Shown here: piece by piece, positions 27,377 through 29,738 of the stretch
Layout: each line of letters starts with the position of its first letter
Position numbering within the stretch: position 1 is the stretch's first letter
From: a virus
Taxonomy: Duplodnaviria; Caudoviricetes
DNA: 29,738 nucleotides
IMG/VR virus record: IMGVR_UViG_3300034073_000627
Location: 1 to 29,738 of that record
Direction: 5' to 3' (one strand)
Notes under the pieces: generated by a model
What the model was told of the DNA's origin: nothing
The model's database searches: none
Seen by the model: only the letters and a program-made list of their open reading frames with translations
Position numbers and translations under genes: made by a program

Positions 27377-28816
27377 TTAAATCCAAGATCGTAATTCTTC
27401 ACCAAGTACTTCCGACGCAATATTAATCTTTTTGCGGAGAGCTTTGACAATTTTTTCATCAACAGTTTTCTCCGCAATTAGATCTATGTAGGTAACAGAT
27501 TTCTTCTGGCCGATCCTATGCGCACGATCCTCTGATTGTAATCTTTTCTCAAGATCATAACCATTAGAATAATAAATAACTGTACTAGCTTCTGTTAGTG
27601 TAATACCATACCCACCTGTTTGTGGATTGCCCACGAAAAATCGGACCGAGGAACGCGGATCTTGGAATTTCTCTATTGCCTTTTGTCTTTGATCGGATTC
27701 AATTGCTCCATAATATTGTACAACAGAATCACTTCCATGTTCTTTACTAATAGCTTCAACTATGTTTTCGATATCATGAATATAGTTAGCCCATATAATA
27801 ACTTTACCTTCTACTTCTTCTAGTACATTTAATAGTTCGGTAATTCTGTTATTTTTAATATTAATTATTTCACCTGACTCTGTTTTTAAATGTCCACAAG
27901 TTATTTGATGTAGTCTCATCATTTGAGTAAGAACATGAGGTGCTTTAACTACTTTTCCTTTTAAAGCAGCCATAGCAATAAGTTTCATAGATTGATACAA
28001 TTTTAATTGTTCATCTGTTAATTCAATTTCTCTTTTAATATAAATTTTATCTGGTAAATCCAAACAATCTTCTTTTAATACACGATAAGAAAAAGGTTCT
28101 ATTAATTTAGATAATTCATCTAATCTTTGATAAGATTTAATAACAGATACTTTTCTACCTCCAAACCATTTATCTACCATACAGGCATACCTGTTTTGAA
28201 AAGAGTAATAAGAAGCAAATCCTAATAAATCTTCATTAAGAAATTTACATTGCGTATATAAATCTAAAGGTGATTTAGTAACAGGAGATCCTGTTAATAT
28301 TCTTCTATATTTTGCAAGACTTGCAATACTTACAATGTTTTTAGTTCGTGCAGCTTTTGGTGTTTTAATTGTTGTAGATTCATCTACAGCAATTAAAGTA
28401 TTGTGGCATGATAAAAATTTACGCGCAAACGTTAAACCTTTTGGCGTTGATAGCGCCTCAACATTCATAATAAAGATGTGAAGGTTATAGTCTGTTTCAA
28501 ACAAAGATTGATACTCTTTATCTTTTGTTTTGGATGTTAAAGCGGTCCATAATACACTTTTATATTGGATATGGCTAGGTAAATGTGTAGGAATTTCTGA
28601 AGATAACCAGTTTCTATAAACACCTTTTGGTGCTATAATCATCGCCGCATTTATTTTACCTTTATCATATAGCATAGCTATATTATCTATAAGTACTTTT
28701 GATTTACCAGTACCCATTTCCATAAAATATGCGTACTCTTCTTTATCCCAAGATTTTTCTAAAGCAACGTATTGATGTTCATACGGTTTAGTTTTATATC
28801 TATAATTTCTTACCAT
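27377..28816 (-). CDS. SNF2-type (SF2) helicase
   Basis: EMGTGKS (Walker A), VDES, LTGSP, GGYGITLT and QSEDRAHRIGQ. ATG at 28816 preferred because 28843 falls inside the promoter region. Confidence 0.92.
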   Translation of the reverse strand: MVRNYRYKTKPYEHQYVALEKSWDKEEYAYFMEMGTGKSKVLIDNIAMLYDKGKINAAMIIAPKGVYRNWLSSEIPTHLPSHIQYKSVLWTALTSKTKDKEYQSLFETDYNLHIFIMNVEALSTPKGLTFARKFLSCHNTLIAVDESTTIKTPKAARTKNIVSIASLAKYRRILTGSPVTKSPLDLYTQCKFLNEDLLGFASYYSFQNRYACMVDKWFGGRKVSVIKSYQRLDELSKLIEPFSYRVLKEDCLDLPDKIYIKREIELTDEQLKLYQSMKLIAMAALKGKVVKAPHVLTQMMRLHQITCGHLKTESGEIINIKNNRITELLNVLEEVEGKVIIWANYIHDIENIVEAISKEHGSDSVVQYYGAIESDQRQKAIEKFQDPRSSVRFFVGNPQTGGYGITLTEASTVIYYSNGYDLEKRLQSEDRAHRIGQKKSVTYIDLIAEKTVDEKIVKALRKKINIASEVLGEELRSWI

Positions 28817-28836
28817 AAATAATTTAATTCTTTCTA

Positions 28837-28874
28837 TTGACATTATAAATAAACATCATTATATGCTTTGTCAA
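28837..28874. promoter_or_regulatory. Overlapping divergent promoters
   Basis: Plus strand: TTGACA (28837-28842), 17 nt, TATATG. Minus strand: TTGACA (28874-28869), 17 nt, TATTTA. Confidence 0.6.
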
Positions 28875-28889
28875 GAGAGAAAATTAAGA

Positions 28890-29288
28890 ATGAAAAATAA
28901 AATATTTGAGTTATATAAAGACAAAAGTCTTGTAGAGTTTTTAGAGTTTAAAAAAGATAACCCTAAAGAAAATTTTGTGTATGTATTACAACATCCACCA
29001 GCTAATATAAATATATTAAGTGCGTCTAATTTTGGATATTTAGTTATATGTCTTGCCTACTTCGATCAAGTAGCATTTAATGCAGCACCTTTCGTATTTA
29101 AAATGCGAAAGAACTTGAAAGATTTTACCAAGCAAGATTATATATTGCTTACAGGAGATCCGGCGGTCATTGGTATTTCTTGTGCTATAGCAAGTGACAT
29201 GACCAATGGCCAATTTAACCTCTTGAAATGGGATCGTAGAGAGTTTAAATATTACCCAATTGAATTTGATCTCTATCAGAAAGGATAA
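28890..29288 (+). CDS. Conserved hypothetical phage protein (alpha/beta)
   Basis: VYVLQ...DYILLTGDPAVIG...LLKWDR. ATG at 28890 lies downstream of the promoter. Confidence 0.7.
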   Translation: MKNKIFELYKDKSLVEFLEFKKDNPKENFVYVLQHPPANINILSASNFGYLVICLAYFDQVAFNAAPFVFKMRKNLKDFTKQDYILLTGDPAVIGISCAIASDMTNGQFNLLKWDRREFKYYPIEFDLYQKG

Positions 29289-29290
29289 CA

Positions 29291-29738
29291 ATGAGTGACG
29301 ATGTAAAAAATATGATGTTAGAAGATTCTACAGATCTTTTAGATAATGTAGAAGTAACTACAATAGCCGACCAATGTAAAAAATTAAAAGATTTAGAAGA
29401 TGATATTACAAGAGCTGAAGAGCATGTAACTAATCTAAAAATAATGGCGCGAGATATTAGTGAACGAGTTATACCTGAACTCCTGGCGGAGCAAGGTTTA
29501 AGTTCTTTGAAATTAGCTGATGGTTCATCTGTAACAGTCAAAAGAGAATACAGATGTACTCTTCCCAAAGATGATAGCAAAAGGGAAGAAGCTTATGCAT
29601 GGCTTCGTGATAACGGACTTGGAGACATTATTAAAAATAATGTTTCTGTTACGTTCGGTCGTGGCGAAGATAACAAGGCACAACAATTGTTGGACCTTGC
29701 AGCGTCAAATGGTTTTGAACCACAACAGAAATCTGATG
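29291..29738 (+). CDS. 3'-truncated phage replication-module protein; not in ORF track
   Basis: SD AAGGA. Open to the window end: MSDDVKNMMLEDS...IPELLAEQGLSSLKLADGSSV...AYAWLRDNGLGDIIKNNVSVTFGRGED. Confidence 0.8.
   Translation, partial: MSDDVKNMMLEDSTDLLDNVEVTTIADQCKKLKDLEDDITRAEEHVTNLKIMARDISERVIPELLAEQGLSSLKLADGSSVTVKREYRCTLPKDDSKREEAYAWLRDNGLGDIIKNNVSVTFGRGEDNKAQQLLDLAASNGFEPQQKSD

Larger units (their letters stand above)
1..29738. other. Bacteriophage genome segment (morphogenesis, modification, lysis and start of replication module)
   Basis: Tightly packed co-oriented ORFs with ATGA/TAATG overlaps. Contains fibre, ejection-like, endolysin, HNH, Hsp20 and SNF2 helicase genes, and no cellular housekeeping genes. 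Confidence 0.95.

Noticed and set aside
29040-29580. Minus-strand ORFs 29040-29291 and 29245-29580
   Set aside because: Antisense to coherent + strand genes, including the truncated ORF from 29291 that the track missed.
1-29738. tRNA/rRNA genes, att sites, classical intrinsic terminators, stop-codon reassignment
   Set aside because: Intergenic gaps are mostly under ~75 nt with no cloverleaf or GC-stem+U-tract seen. Genes end normally at TAA, TAG and TGA under the standard code.

Overview
Gene-dense, AT-rich (roughly 30% GC by eye) segment of a tailed dsDNA phage genome, probably podovirus-like. The gene set resembles SAR11/pelagiphage-type viruses; this host assignment is inference. Nearly everything from 1 to 27.35 kb is on the + strand, in this order: head-tail/tail structural genes; a T4 gp34-like fibre adaptor; three paralogous Kelch-like beta-propeller genes (6+12+12 blades) with two accessory genes; a sulfotransferase / APS-kinase-like / HxGH nucleotidyltransferase / 2x 2OG-Fe(II) oxygenase cluster; a tail nozzle-like protein; a free-standing HNH-type endonuclease; a 2x methyltransferase / 2x glycosyltransferase cluster; an HlyC-like acyltransferase directly ahead of four putative ejection proteins; a holin-like gene and M15 endolysin; a SpeD-like decarboxylase; and Hsp20 with a ROSE-like RNA thermometer. 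A minus-strand SNF2-type helicase and a divergent replication-module start close the window. I saw no rRNA, tRNA, CRISPR array, integrase or reverse transcriptase. The best leads are (1) an in-register, gene-conversion-like shuffling array of propeller blades, (2) a possible acylation system for ejection proteins, (3) a possible phage-encoded sulfation/glycosylation pathway for the virion, and (4) GC-rich DNA motifs and hairpins hidden in coding sequence.
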